A stretch of 51,283 bases of DNA, filler included, from Jimgerdemannia flammicorona (Eukaryota): assembly GCA_003990765.1 (NCBI GenBank). It is 2 parts of 2 records of this genome, joined end to end, with 100 filler letters (N's around TTAATTAATTAA, not from the genome) between each part and the next. Parts side by side here need not be neighbours in the genome. Positions count along the whole stretch, not along the records: positions 25,693 to 51,283 come from RBNJ01000815.1; 1 more part is not named here. One strand, written 5' to 3'. Positions 36,219 to 48,981 of this stretch are shown here, one piece after another. The position numbers were made by a program, and so were the translations under genes. Each line of letters begins with the position of its first letter. Within the stretch, counting starts at the first letter, position 1. The notes beneath the pieces were generated by a model. It was given only the letters and a program-made list of their open reading frames with translations. It was not told the DNA's origin and did not search any database.

Positions 36219-36430
36219 GTCAGCAAGTCTGAATCCAGTGTTGCTACCCAGCATAACTGTTTCCAGCATTGCTATCCAGTGCAACTGTTTTCAGTATTTT
36301 GTCAGCAAGTCCAAATCCAGCGTTACTACCCAGCACAACCATTTCCAGCATTGCTATCCAGTGCCACCATTTTCAGTGTTTTGTCAGCAAGTCCGAATCC
36401 AGTGTTGTTACCCTCCACAACCATTTCTGG
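36219..36430. repeat. 82-bp tandem repeat (~2.5 copies) within the solo LTR
   Basis: GTCAGCAAGTCYRAATCCAG starts at 36219, 36301 and 36383. Confidence 0.85.
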
Positions 36431-37784
36431 CAACAATCATTGTATCCATATCTGTCTGTGTCAGCAAGTCAGCCCTTCACATCATGCAAGCCAATAGCAT
36501 AGCAAAGTCTACCACAATGTAGTATACCTTAGCCCCCCCCCATAGCCAGCAAATTTGTATAAATAACCCATAACCTTAGAGTGAATAAACCTCAGTCAGT
36601 TTGTGTTTAAAAGTAAAAAGGATTACAGAGAAACCACTGCCTCCAAGAGACCAGATAAATTCTGAGAACAAGATAACTAGAGCAACGATCACTCGAGGTT
36701 TGAGTTAAAGAATTTTCTCTTGCCATGGAAAGAAAACATTACCCAACTACTGCCATTCGACTGCCATTCAAGACCCAAGACCCAGCCAAGGAATTCAAGA
36801 CCACGACTACTGCACATTCAGACCACCATTCAGATCATGCATTCGACCGCCATTCGAGATTCAAGACCCAGAAACCCAAGGATACCCTGCCAAAGGATAC
36901 TAGAGTGCCAAAGACCGACCCGCCAGCCTACACAAACAACCGCCCAGAACCTTTCAAGTTAACAAGTCAAGATGGACGAGCGAGCCGTCAACCTCCATTT
37001 TTCTGACCTACTGTGCCATGAACCGCTTAAAGCCAAGCCCGTCATCGCTGCATAAATTCAAGTTCGCTGCCAAGTTAATCGCTGCCAGGAAACACCCTTT
37101 TCCACTGGATATTGAGCCATTGAACAATCGAACGACCTCCCTATCGAACAATCGAAGTCCCGCTATTATCAATTATCACATGTTTTGAACGACCTGATCA
37201 CATGACCAACGACCTGCAACCATCGCAAATGCACTCAGACATATACCGCGCGCTCCACCAAGTAGCACATTGAGCCGTGCTTGAAGCAACTAGGGATACA
37301 AACTGAATGCCACACTATATATAGCTAGATAGCAACCAGATAGCAACTAACTTATATAAAATACTCCAGAGATAAGAGTAAATAAACCTCAGTCTGAAAA
37401 TCAAAAGTAAAAGCCAATTGTCTAGTAGACTTCTGTCAAATATTTAAATATTCTTCCTCAATCTGCTACAGGCTGCTTATATTTCTTTCATCTTACTATC
37501 TTCTGTCTAACTATATTAATAAATCAGTATCTTTTTATCTATCTTCTTAGTAATGCTATATTCAGATACCAGTTCCCTCTACTACTACCAATTATCTGGA
37601 ATCTGCCTCTCATCTCTACACTCCAGTGATCAGACCAGAGATATTATTGTACCTCTGCAGTATCTAGTATATTACTCCAGTATTTAGCAACTAGCACTCA
37701 GTCAATTCTCATCTCCACTAGTCTATCTCTAACAGTATACTATTTAGAGAAGAGCTCTAACTCATCTCTACTTTATAGCTAATG

Positions 37785-37786
<2 letters not shown>

Positions 37787-37853
<67 letters not shown>

Positions 37854-40800
37854 GTCACTTGGACTCTGCCATTTATTACCCTTCTATTAATAAGTTTACA
37901 GTATACCCTCCCACTATCTGATCCCCATAGGGGTGCCACTCCCTCCACCTACACAAACAAAGACCACTTTCTCACCTGCAACTCCAACCCTCCCCCCACT
38001 CTGCCTACAGATTTTCTCTACCAAATAATGTCTTCAACCCCCCTGCAACCCCCAGCCAAGCCACCATCCTGTCAAGGTGTCTTCCATAAGGCTACACCAC
38101 CTCAGCAGCCTGATCTCTGAGCCAAGTCTCCTTCTATCCTCAAAGACAAATAATCAGTGACTGGTCAGCCCCACCCAAATGGCCAAAGCCCAGCCTAATG
38201 TCAGCCATTCCTTCCCCACCCCCCCCTCCAATCTATCTCTTAAATCCTCCCATCACCCCCACATACCAGCTCCCCTACACACTACCCTCAAATGATCCCC
38301 AATGTTCTGCCAAAAGATACTAAGTATCTCACACTCTTCTAGCCAATGTTCAGGCATCTGCACATATCCCCCTTCTTGCTCTACATTATAACACTCTTCA
38401 CAGTTAAAGCAATCTCCCTCAATAAAGGTGACCTGAGTGAAAGTTGAGCATGACATTCTGCCTCAGCATATGCCACCAGACCACTCAGTACTTCAGCAGT
38501 AGCCACCTCCTCACCTTGGCACTCTAGACCCAAATGCTTTACCAGTCCCACTTCTTGCTGATTCCTACTCTTTGCCAACTGCTAGGCCACAGGTCCTGGC
38601 CTGGTTCCCATTGGTATTCAATCCCATCACCAATATCAAACTCAATTAAGGGAATGCTGCCCAGTAACACTTGGTCCCATCTCCATATTGCTGGGTCCCA
38701 AGCTACCTTCCCTTCATTCCCCTACCACCTAATTCCAATGCAGTGCACCCCCTCTGCCACTCCCTACCAGAAACCTTTGTATTACAATTGTTCAGTGTTC
38801 TGAAGGCCCACAAGTGCTAGGAGATCGCCAGTCGAACCCCAGGGAGAGGACCTCATCTCCCAGACTTTCTGCAATAGGGGGACCCAACCACCCCCTCTCA
38901 ACTCCACCACTCTCTTTAGCCACCATGCTCTCAAGCAGTGCAGCCTTTTAGGAAAGTCAACCAGCCCAAGTCCCCGACTTGCCACTGGTAAGGATAAGAC
39001 CTCCCAGCTGATCTGACTCCACCTTCCAGCCCAGATCCACCCCTTGGCCAGCTTCATCAATCACTTCACCACCTAAGCTGAGAAGTCCAGATGATAAGCC
39101 AGATACCACAACTTCGGCAGCCAATAGACATTCAGAATCAAAACACATCCTGCCAGAGACAATTGGCAGCCCCCCCAACTCCACAAGGCCTCCTCCCAGA
39201 TACCAACCCACTGCTCCCACCAAAGTCTGGGCAGAACCGACCCATATACTGACAGATAGATACCCAAGTACCATACTACCTCACCAGCAGGGACAATGGT
39301 ACCAATAATCTCCCCTCCCACCAGACCATTGCCTAACACCATCATTTCACACTTATGCCAATTAAGCCTAGCCCCAGAGTTCACCTCATACCACTCTACT
39401 GTTTCCTTAAGCTTCTCAACATCCACAATTGATCCCAGACCAACCACTATGTCATCTGCAAATACCCCTACTTTTAACCCAATACCAAAGATAGAGAGCG
39501 CCACTATCTTCTGCCTGATTCTGTCCATTAAGGGCTCCAGAGAAAGGGCATACAAAATGGGGGACAGTGGGTCCCCCTAGGGCACCCCTCTACCTAGGGG
39601 AAATGCTACCCCTCTGTGTCCATTACATATGAGAGCAGCCCTGCTTCCTTCCAGTAGGCTGACCATGGCTATTCTGAACTGGTGCAGGACCCCAATCCTG
39701 TCCAATACTTTCACCAGCCAGATCCATCACACTCAGTCATAAGCCTTCTCCTGGTCCAGAAAGACCAGATGCCCATCCAGTCCACTGGCTCATGCCTCTG
39801 CAATAACTCCATGAACTCATGCTGTGCTATCCCTGATGAGCCAGCCTCCCACAAAGCCCCTCTGCTCATCACCCAAGACTTGCTGGGCCATCTTTTGCAA
39901 CCTTGCAACCACCACCTTAGTAACCAACTTTCCATTCATATTCAGTAGCCTAATCAGCCTCCAGTTCTTCCAGTCCTCTCGCCTTCCTTTGTTCTTATAA
40001 AGCAATGTCACCAGCCCCAGATCCTGTTCTCCCACTCATCTCCCTATCTGTAGAATCCAATCACACAGTGCTGTCATCTCTCCCAGTACTCCAGGGACTC
40101 CCACCATCTTTTTCCAGAAGTCCCAGAGCAGACCATCCTCTCCAGGCACCATATCCAAGGTTGTCTCAGCAAGAACCTGGTGGATCTCCTCCTCTTGCAC
40201 TGGCAGTACTAAGTCACCCAGCCCATCTGCTTATATAGGGTGCTAATCTTTCAATGCTTGGTCAATGTCCTCAATATCTGCCCCACCCTCCTCCTCACTC
40301 CACAATTCACTCCAATGCTTCTTTAATGATCTAAGAATGTCTTGTACACTATGCACCAATATACCATCAGCATTAAGCACCCCCTCCTATCTTTGTTGCA
40401 CCCTTCTTGCCTGAAGGGCTCTTGTGAGAAAATTTGAGGGCCACTCTCCTTCCTCCAACCCCTGCCAATGAAGCCATGCCACCAGACCCTAGACCCTTGC
40501 CTCTTCCTCATTCCACAGCACCTGTTGTAGTTCAACTACCTCTATTCTTACCCTTATCAATCTCCAGTCCTCCCCCCCCTCCAACATCACCAGTCTTGCC
40601 CAGTCCTCCAAGAGTCTAGACAGTCTACTAGATGCCCACCACACCCACCACCTCCTCTGTTTCCCAGCCTCCTTACCAGCCTCACTCCAGAAGGTCCTGG
40701 CCATCTCTTTCATCCTCATCTACCAAATACCAACTGAGGCACCTTCCTGCCTCCAGTACTCCACTTGCAGTTGAATATCTTCAGCTCACTCATCCCACCG

Positions 40801-43713
40801 GATCTGATCATCTAGTAAGGAGGAATTGAGGTGCCAATGTCCAGGCCCATCCCCACTCTCCCCAAAATACCCCTGCCCTAAAAGCCCTCAATGATCCAAC
40901 CAAGGATACCATTCCACCTCCAGTGACTTCCAAACATCCAAGCCCCAGCAGCTAGCTGTCAGAATCCAATCAATTCTCATCCCCAGGCCCCCAGCCCAGT
41001 GCATGTACACCCTCCTATCTCCCCAACATTCTCTACCCACATCCACTAGAGCACTCAGTCTTTCCACTTCCTCCCATACTACCAGTCCTCCACTCTGACC
41101 CTCAGCTCCTCATCCTCCATCAGTTCTATCTCTCAATATGTCTCAGACCATATTGAAGTCCCCACCAAGCATATCCACCCCAACCTCTGCAAGAACTCCA
41201 CTCTCCTGTAGGCCCTTCACCCAATTCACATGCTCACCCCATACCGCAGGGCAGTAACAGGAGCTCACTGTGACTAGCTCCCAACCTGTACATATCCACT
41301 CTCCCCAGACCAATCTATCCCCCCAGCTCTATATATCCCTTATCTCCCCTCTGCCTTTCCTCACTAGAATCCCAACCTTGCCCTTCCAGACTGCCTCACC
41401 TCTCCACTCCTTCATCCATTTCAGTCTATCTAAGTCATCCTCACATCTGACATCCTACAAGAGAAAGAGATTGGCCTCCAATCTCTTCAGCTAAGTAAAA
41501 ATGTTCTTACATCAATAAGTACCCTGTAACCCATTCACATTCAAAGAAAAAATATTGGTTGTACTATTCATAGTGAAGAATGTTGTGTTATCAAGCTTTC
41601 TCTACTGCTCCATATTCATCTTCTCCTGTGCCAAGTCCAGATTATGTTCTATGGTCACTGCCTCCTCTTCAGCCCTCTGAGCCTCCAGTCCAGTCAACAG
41701 CTCATTCATCTCCCCATCTGCCTTCTCCTTGAATTCCTCTCAGTACTCTAGGCAGACTTTCTATCAGAGCTACAGTCTATGGTACTTGGTCCAGCAGTAT
41801 TCAGCCCTCTCTCCCACAACTCCCACCATCTCTGCCTCCTGCTCCTTATCTACCTCATAGCCCTCCTCCTCCAGATACACTATAAGAATTTCTGCCTTCA
41901 ATGCCATCACCACCCCCTCCCCCTGCAGTATCCTTGCCCAATGCTCATCACTCATTACCCTCAAATCCACCTCTCCCAGCTCCTCGGCCACCAGGTTGTT
42001 CATCATCCTGCACATCCAAAGTAGGTTCCCCACCTTCTTTCCTCCAGGGGTCACCAGCCTCCCACCATCTAGCATTGTGGTATCAGCCCCAGCACTCGCA
42101 GCCTTGTCCCATTCCTCTGAGACTTCCACCAGTTCCTCCTCACTGACTGCTACCATCTGTCCCCCTTGTGCTACCTCCAGAACTCCAAATTGCACTCGCT
42201 GGGCCCCCCACATTAGCACATCCTCCACCACACTGCTTTGGGAAGCTGGGCCCCACCTGATAAGAGGAGTAGGAGTAGGGGAGTTCTCCCACATCTCATC
42301 CCAAACCTCCAGCATACCATCTATATATGGGTCCTTGCTAGTTGCCTCCCTGTTCTTGCCCATCCCCTTTCCAGCACTCCCACTTCCCTTGCCAGTCCAG
42401 ACACTTGCTTTGGCTCCCCCTGTATCCACCATCCTACTCATATCCTTCTGAGGCCCACTCTTCATCTTCACCAGCAGTTTCCTCTGTCTCCTACATCTCT
42501 GATCTCATTCCCACTGCTCCTTGCTCACTCGAATCTGCTTCCCATCTACTACCTCCAAGTGCATCACCTCCTCAAAGGCCCTCCAAGCCTTCACCCACTG
42601 TTCCACTGTACCACTCAAGTCTTCCAGCACTTCCAATAGGTCCTCTTCCTCCTCCTCACTCCCCTTCACCCTCATCACCTTACACACGATTGCCCCCCAA
42701 ACCATACCGAAAGGCCAGTCCCTTGCCTTCCCAGTGGCTTCCTTCCCTGCCAGCTGAATCCTCACATCCACATTCCCAGTCCTGAGTGAGGTCCCCTTCC
42801 AGACTCTGAATCCAATATCCAATACCTCTCCATACTCTGTCATGATCTCCTCAACTCTCTTTCTTGTCTCCATCACCATCACCATAGGCACCCCTTTCAC
42901 CAGCAGTTGGACCACTCTGGGATCCCATTTCAGGCATTGTGCCATCAGAACACACACCTCCCCAACTATTAATCCAATCTTCAATGCTTCCTCCAAAGGC
43001 TCAGTCTCCTCAAAGCCCACCTCTACTTCCTCCAGGCCCTTCAAAAACTTTATGGATGCTGCTCCAGCCACCTGCTTAGCAATTAGCCCCAGTATCATTT
43101 TCACCATCACTGCTAGGCCCCAGAAGCACAGTGTCACCACAAATGCTGAGATTGATTTCTTGAGTAATGGTGCTACCACTAGACCTGTCACACTATCTAC
43201 CAAATCTCCTTGTCTCCTAAGCCCTAGTTGCTCAGCCACACCATCCACAGTCACATCTGGATTTTTTTCCAGATTAGCAGTCCTGTCTCCATCAGCCATC
43301 ACACCCCCCCCCCAGCCACTATACCTCTAGTCCCACTGCCCTCTCTGCCAAGGGCTACTCCCCTATGTACTGTCGCCTTCTCTGTTTCCTTGCCTTTCCT
43401 CAACCAACCCTCCAGCCCCAATGTCTGCCTTCTCCCCTTCACTGTCTTAGCAAAGCTCACCCTCCCAGATCTCTATCCTCCACTACTGCCTCCTTCCCTT
43501 CTGCATCCACCTGCCAGCAGCCCCCTCATACCTCCCCCCAGGCCAGGGCCTCTCCCCACATACTGCCAATTGAACATGCTCAGGCCACCCTGCCCAGTAT
43601 GCACCTCAGATTGCCTGTTAGTTACCATGTTGCTAGTCTCTTTTCTCCAAAAACGATATTGTAGTTGCTTTCCAAAAGTTGTGTAACCTGAGAGATACCA
43701 GAGAGAGATGCTG
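37787..43713 (-). mobile_element. Full-length LINE family A, copy 2 (more decayed)
   Basis: Poly(T) at 37787-37850, ORF1 and ORF2 fragments collinear with copy 1 (e.g. YALSLEPLMDRIR...FADD; LLKKSISAF), and a 15-bp TSD TTTATAGCTAATGTC at 37772-37786 and 43714-43728. Confidence 0.95.
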
Positions 43714-43724
43714 TTTATAGCTAA

Positions 43725-45196
43725 TGTCATGTAGTGGTCACTGAGTCCTTCAAATATGCCAGATTCTCTTCAAGATATATCTCTTAGACTAACTCAAGTT
43801 TTTTATAAGTAAGTTCTTATTGGAGTGCCTTCCCAAGGTCTTATAGTCCTCAAACATCTTTATCTTTAACTGTCTTGTTATCTCTTATATTGCTTGCAAG
43901 AAAGTGTGTATATTGTACTAAGAAGACTGACTTTATTTCAGAGGAAATAAGAGGGGTATTTATACAAAATATAATTTAATGGTTGCTAAGATATAAAGCT
44001 AAATATAAATTCCAATAACTAAAACTACTAAGTTCCAGGGTCAGTACTGATGGTTGTACAGGTTCAGGATACTGGTATAATTCAGTATCACATCAGAATA
44101 CTGGTGCTGGAACAATTCTGCATCACCTCAGAATGCCAGTGCTGGTATTATCCAGTGTAATAAGGGACTTAGAGCAGAATGTTCAAGACCATGGGGGCTT
44201 CATCCTCATCATCAGAGGTTGGGATATCTTCAAAGGAGATGAGGTCCATGAACATTTTGTCAAGATCACATAGGTTGTATAGGATGATATCATTGCCAAT
44301 GATGTCATTACATTTGGCAGTAGTAGGAATAAGGAGATCTGGAGCTCTCCAGTCTATGAGATTCTCTTCCACAAAATAGGGGACAAATGTGGGATCTTGG
44401 AAAGGTTTAACCTGGATGCTTGGGCCTTGGAATACTGAGATTAATCCTTATAAGAATTGATCTGAGTTGTCCTGGAGGATGGAGTGCCAGAAGTCTTCTA
44501 CTTCATCACTATTGAGGGTGATAGTGGACTGGGCTTCTGTAGCCACTCTGGCTTCTAGTGCATTGATATGGTGGGATGACAGATCTCTGAAATCTGAGAC
44601 TCTAACATACTCCAAGTTGGGGATCAACTATGGTGCATGCCTGAAGATCTGATGGATCTTCTTAGCTGTCCTCATTTCACATATATCCATGAGAGTGGCA
44701 TCTTGTAGCTCTTGAGTGCTGGCCTGTAGAAACTCCCAGCAGAGGAGGTTTCCTATTTTGTACTTCTGCCATATTTGGAGGCATTCAGTGGCAATAGTGA
44801 TCCTTGTTTCCATTTCATGGTAGTAGAGAATATAATGATAAGGGTCACCAGTACCCAGGTTGACACTAAGAGTCCTTCTTGAGTGAGTCCTCATAGCTCT
44901 TCTGATGTCTTGGAACATCCTTTCTTCAACCGAGGTACCTTAGTGGTTCCTTGACCTTGAGGTTTGGTGGACAGTAGACATTTTGTTTGTAGTGAGTCTT
45001 GTTGGTTACTATTACTGTGGTTCCTTGATCCTTCTTTTATATTCCTCAAGATGCTTATACTGTAGTCACAATGACTCATAGTTGATCATCATTGCTCATC
45101 TCATATGCCATATGGTCTTCTTGTGCTCTGATCTGGTGGCTTGCAAGGAAAGGCTGTCTCCTATACTGATGTCATCATTCTGAGGTCACTGTTACA
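43725..45196 (-). repeat. 3' LTR (~1,472 bp)
   Basis: Minus-strand termini TGTAAC...ATGACA. TATA-like and AATAAA signals at ~43930-43965. Matches 48982-50099. Confidence 0.85.
44169..44918 (-). pseudogene. LTR (U3)-encoded protein, 3' LTR copy
   Basis: MFQDIRRAM...YHYILYYHEM...IWQKYKIGNLLC...TAKKIHQIFRHAP* continues in frame to ...EDEAPMVLNILL, with a few stops. Confidence 0.75.
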
Positions 45197-45559
45197 TCTT
45201 CTTCCTGAATAAGGATCTTCCTGAGCATCCTTATTCATTGATCCAGTCTTGAAAAATTTGCTGATCCCATAACCTCTGGCAAGGGGTCAAAAAGTGATAT
45301 TTATGGGCTGATATCTTTCCTTTGTGTTTTGGCATAATGGTGAAGGGTTGCTCCCTTCATATAGAGCAAGGGCCTGATTCTGATCTTGACTAATCAGTTG
45401 ATGGTTTGAACTCCTCAGACTTCGAAAGTCTCATGGATGAGTAGTTACCAGTTAGAGAATGGTCCAGACAGATAGCCTGCTGGTTATGGGACATAATGTT
45501 ACAATTCACAGACTAGAACCTCATGGACAATCATCATATTTTGCTTCTCTTATATAGGT

Positions 45560-47600
45560 TCATGGTACTTCTTGAGTCTGTTCCTGTGTACTATAGTAGA
45601 CAGTATGGTCCCTGAGATTTTTCTAAGCCAGAAGGTGGTTCCCTTGATATCTTGTATGTAGAAGGGTCCTTCTCATTTGGGCTCCAGTTTTCGCAACCAT
45701 GAGACTTCTACCATATTTTGATACAGTAGAACCTTTTCACTGATTTAGATGGGTTCTAGGGTCTTATAATTCTTTTCCACATTCTTTTTTATCAGCACTT
45801 GTGACTTAGTGATGTAATCTTCAGCCTTCTTTCTGATTTGGTGTAGTCTCTGGATTTCTGCATCAATCTATCTCCAAGTTAGGTCTAGATTTGTGACTGA
45901 GATTCCATCAGAATCTTCTTCTCCAAAGAGCAGCTCCTTTGGGGTAAAGTGTGTGCTCTGTGACCATATGTCTTATAGAACAGAGAGGGTGGTTGAGAGA
46001 TAGTTATCCCAATTCTCATATATCTCTGAGATCTTCACTAGGATGTTCTTGAGGGTCTTATTGGTTCTCTCTATCTGTCCATTTCCTTGAGGGTGGTACA
46101 CAGTGGTCTTGATGTGCTGGATCTTATATTTCTGATATATTATCTCATGGAATCCATTGACAAATTCTGTGCCATAGTCTGTTGTGATTTGCTTCAGTGT
46201 CTTATAGTGGCAGATGATTTCTTGGTGCAGGAAGTCAGTTATAGAGAGGGCATTGGCCTCTTGCAATGCTCCTGCCTCTATCTATTTGGTGAAGAGGTCT
46301 ATAATAACTATAATATAGTGGTTTCCTGATAGTGTTACTGGTAGTGGCCCAATGATATCCATCACAATGTGGTAGAAGGAGATAGGCTCGATTCTTGATG
46401 ACCCAGGTACCTGGTCTTGCTGATCTTGTTTTTGTTTTTGGTACTTGTCACATCCTTTGACAAATTGGTACAGGTCTTCTTCCATTTTGGGCCACCACAT
46501 AGTTCTTCTTACTTTGTCATATGTATTGATTCCTCCTAAGTATCCTTGCTCATGTACTTTCTTTATTACTTGATACTTCTTATGTTTGGATATTACTAGC
46601 TTTTCTCCTTTTCTGAGTATAGTGTTGTCTAGTTCAAACTATTTCTAAGTCTGGTTGATGATGGTGATTATCCAGGGTTTGAGATGGTTGGACATCTTCT
46701 GCTGTCCAAGATAACTGATTAATCCATAGTATAGCTCCTTATTCATATTGAATAGTCTTGATGAGGATGTTTCAGGGTATCCTTGAGAGTGTATCAGTAT
46801 TGGTATTGGTCTTTTCTGAGTGGTACTTGATAGTATAGTCATACTCTTGCAACCTGTAGATCCATCTGGCATATATTCCTTTGGGGTTCAGAGTGTGGAA
46901 TAGCCAGGCAAGAGCAGAGTGGTCTGTTTGAATAGTGAAGTATTTCCTGACTAGGTAGTAGTGGAACTTGTCTATTGCCCAAACTACTGCTAAGCATTCA
47001 AGCTTGCATGACTCATAGTTCTGTTCTGCTCTATGGGTATCTTGGCTTGCATAGGAGATGACATATTCATGTCCATCTTTCTTCTGAGCTAGGACTGCTC
47101 CAAGTTCTATAGTACTTACATCTGTCTGCAGGATGAATTCTAGGTTCCAGTCTGGTCTTCTGAGGATAGGTACTTGGGTCAACTTGGTCTTGAGTTCATT
47201 GAAGGTTTCTTAGCACTCCTTGGTCCATTCAAATTTGGTTTCCTTCTTCAGTAGCTTGTAGATAGGTGCTGTAATGTTGAAATATCCTTTGATGAATCTT
47301 CTGTAGTAGCTGGTCAGTCCAAGGATGACATGGATTTCTGTGGTTGTTCTGAGTCTCAGGTAGGCTGCAATAGCCTCAATCTTTATGGGGTCTGTGTGGA
47401 TTCCAGTCTGGTTGATGAGGTGTCCTAGGTAGGTGATTTCTTGAGCTACAAACTTGTATTTCTTGGGCTTGATGTAGAGGCTATACTCCTTGAGCTTCTT
47501 GAGGGCTAGCTGTATGTGATTGATATGTTCAAATACAGTGTTGCTGAAGATGATCATATCATCAACATAGACAAAGAGCTATTTTTCAATCTCATTGCTG
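45560..47600 (-). pseudogene. pol: pol remnant: RT C-half, RNase H, integrase
   Basis: VYVDDMIIFS, YLGH, YYRRFIKG; RNase H LQTDVS...ECLAVVWAI...TDHSAL...DTLSR; zinc-finger region WWPKM...VKGCDK; core DIIGPLP, TDYGTEF, YHPQGNGQIERTNKTLK; GPF motif. Confidence 0.9.
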
Positions 47601-47619
47601 AAGAGCTGTCTGAAGGCAA

Positions 47620-48861
47620 GGACTTTGGCTAGCTGTCCAAAGGTAGTATTGATCTTCTGTTTCTTGAGGTCCTTGTAGATGTCATACTGGTGGATCTTGG
47701 CCTTGTGCAGCTTCTTTCCTTCTTGCTTTCACTTTCTCCTGAGACTGGAGTAGTGCCTTCAATAATTTGGCAGACAGCTTCATCTAACTCCATGTCTTGA
47801 TCAATTTCCTTGGCTTGAGTCTTGCTTTAAATAGTGACAGCTGGGGTCTTCTTTGGTCTTCCAACTGGCTTGCTGTTGCTCTTCTTGTCATAGGGCTTGG
47901 ACCAGGTTCTGGTACCTTCAGTAGCAGAGTAGAATTCAAGCTTCTCATAGTATTCTTCATCATCAGTATCACCAATCTCCTCGATGACTACTGCATTGAT
48001 TTGTTCTCTGGTTCTGCTACCATTACATGGTTGGGCTTTGCATCTTGTTTCAGTCATGCAACTCTTTGCATAGTGGCCTTCTTCTCTACATCTAAAGTAT
48101 GTGATATTGCATTCTTCTGTAGCAGCTGCAAATCTCTGCACTGGTCTCCTGTTGGTGCTTTGGACTTCTCTAACAACATCACCAAGATGTGCAGTCATCT
48201 TGACAAACTGCTTGGCAAGTTCCTCCACTGGGTCAGCTTTGGCTGTCTTGGGGATAGGTGGGGTTGGTTGTCTGTTTACAACTGTGGTAGGTATGATACT
48301 AGTTGGCTTTGATGGCTCCATCTTGATGCTGGTTATTTTCTCTATTGAGTGTTTGGCAGGGTGTCTGGCAGTCCAATATCTCTGTGCAAAGACCACTTTC
48401 TGATCAAGGGTCAGTGCAGCTGGGGTAGACTGGATTGCTAGGGCAATTTCAGGGTAAACTCCTTTGAGGAAAGTTGAATCCACTATTTGTTCCTTGAGGC
48501 AATCATCATAGCCAGCCAAGACAATCTAGTAGCAGATTCAGGTATAGAATGAGTTGAGATCTTCACTAAATCTCTGGCAGATAGTATTGAGTTAATCCTT
48601 GAGAGCTTGCTTGATCTCTTCAGTATAATATATTGTTCTGAAGAAGGCCTTCATATTGGCAAGTTTGGCTGCACCAGCATCAGCAATGGTGGCTACATTG
48701 AACTTGTCTCCAGCAGATCCTCTGAGGCTGACTGGTAGAAGAGCCAATTGAGCATCCACACTAAGGGCTTGTATGGCAGTGAATTGTTCAAAGTCTTCAA
48801 TGAAGATCAGAATTGACTCTTCAGTAGTATATCTATAGAATGTGGAGGGATATATTTTCAT
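47620..48861 (-). pseudogene. gag: gag remnant with degenerate zinc knuckle
   Basis: FIEDFEQF...LRGSA, FLKGVYPEI, and (C)FRCREEGHYAKSC knuckle, followed by the pre-protease-like YDIYKDL...TTFGQL segment. Confidence 0.8.
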
Positions 48862-48981
48862 CTTGTTTTGAATTCTTGCAGGGGTGACTCTTGTAGTTAG
48901 AGTAGTTGTTGTGGGAGTTGTTCATTTTTCAGCTTGAAAGTGAGGGATTTATCTTGAATCACCAGCCAATGGGCACCAAGT

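Larger units (their letters stand above)
34977..37314 (+). mobile_element. Solo LTR (2,338 bp), Ty3/Gypsy-like, carrying a disrupted ORF
   Basis: Termini TGTGACAT...ATGCCACA (7/8 inverted match), 4-bp TSD CTAT (34973-34976 and 37315-37318), TATA-like GTATAAATA at ~36556 and AATAAA at ~36584. It is much richer in GC and CpG than its flanks. Confidence 0.85.

Noticed and set aside
45197..45560. Extension of the LTR ORF or an env-like ORF between integrase and the 3' LTR
   Set aside because: Stop density in the candidate frame is about what random sequence gives, so a reading frame cannot be supported from this copy.
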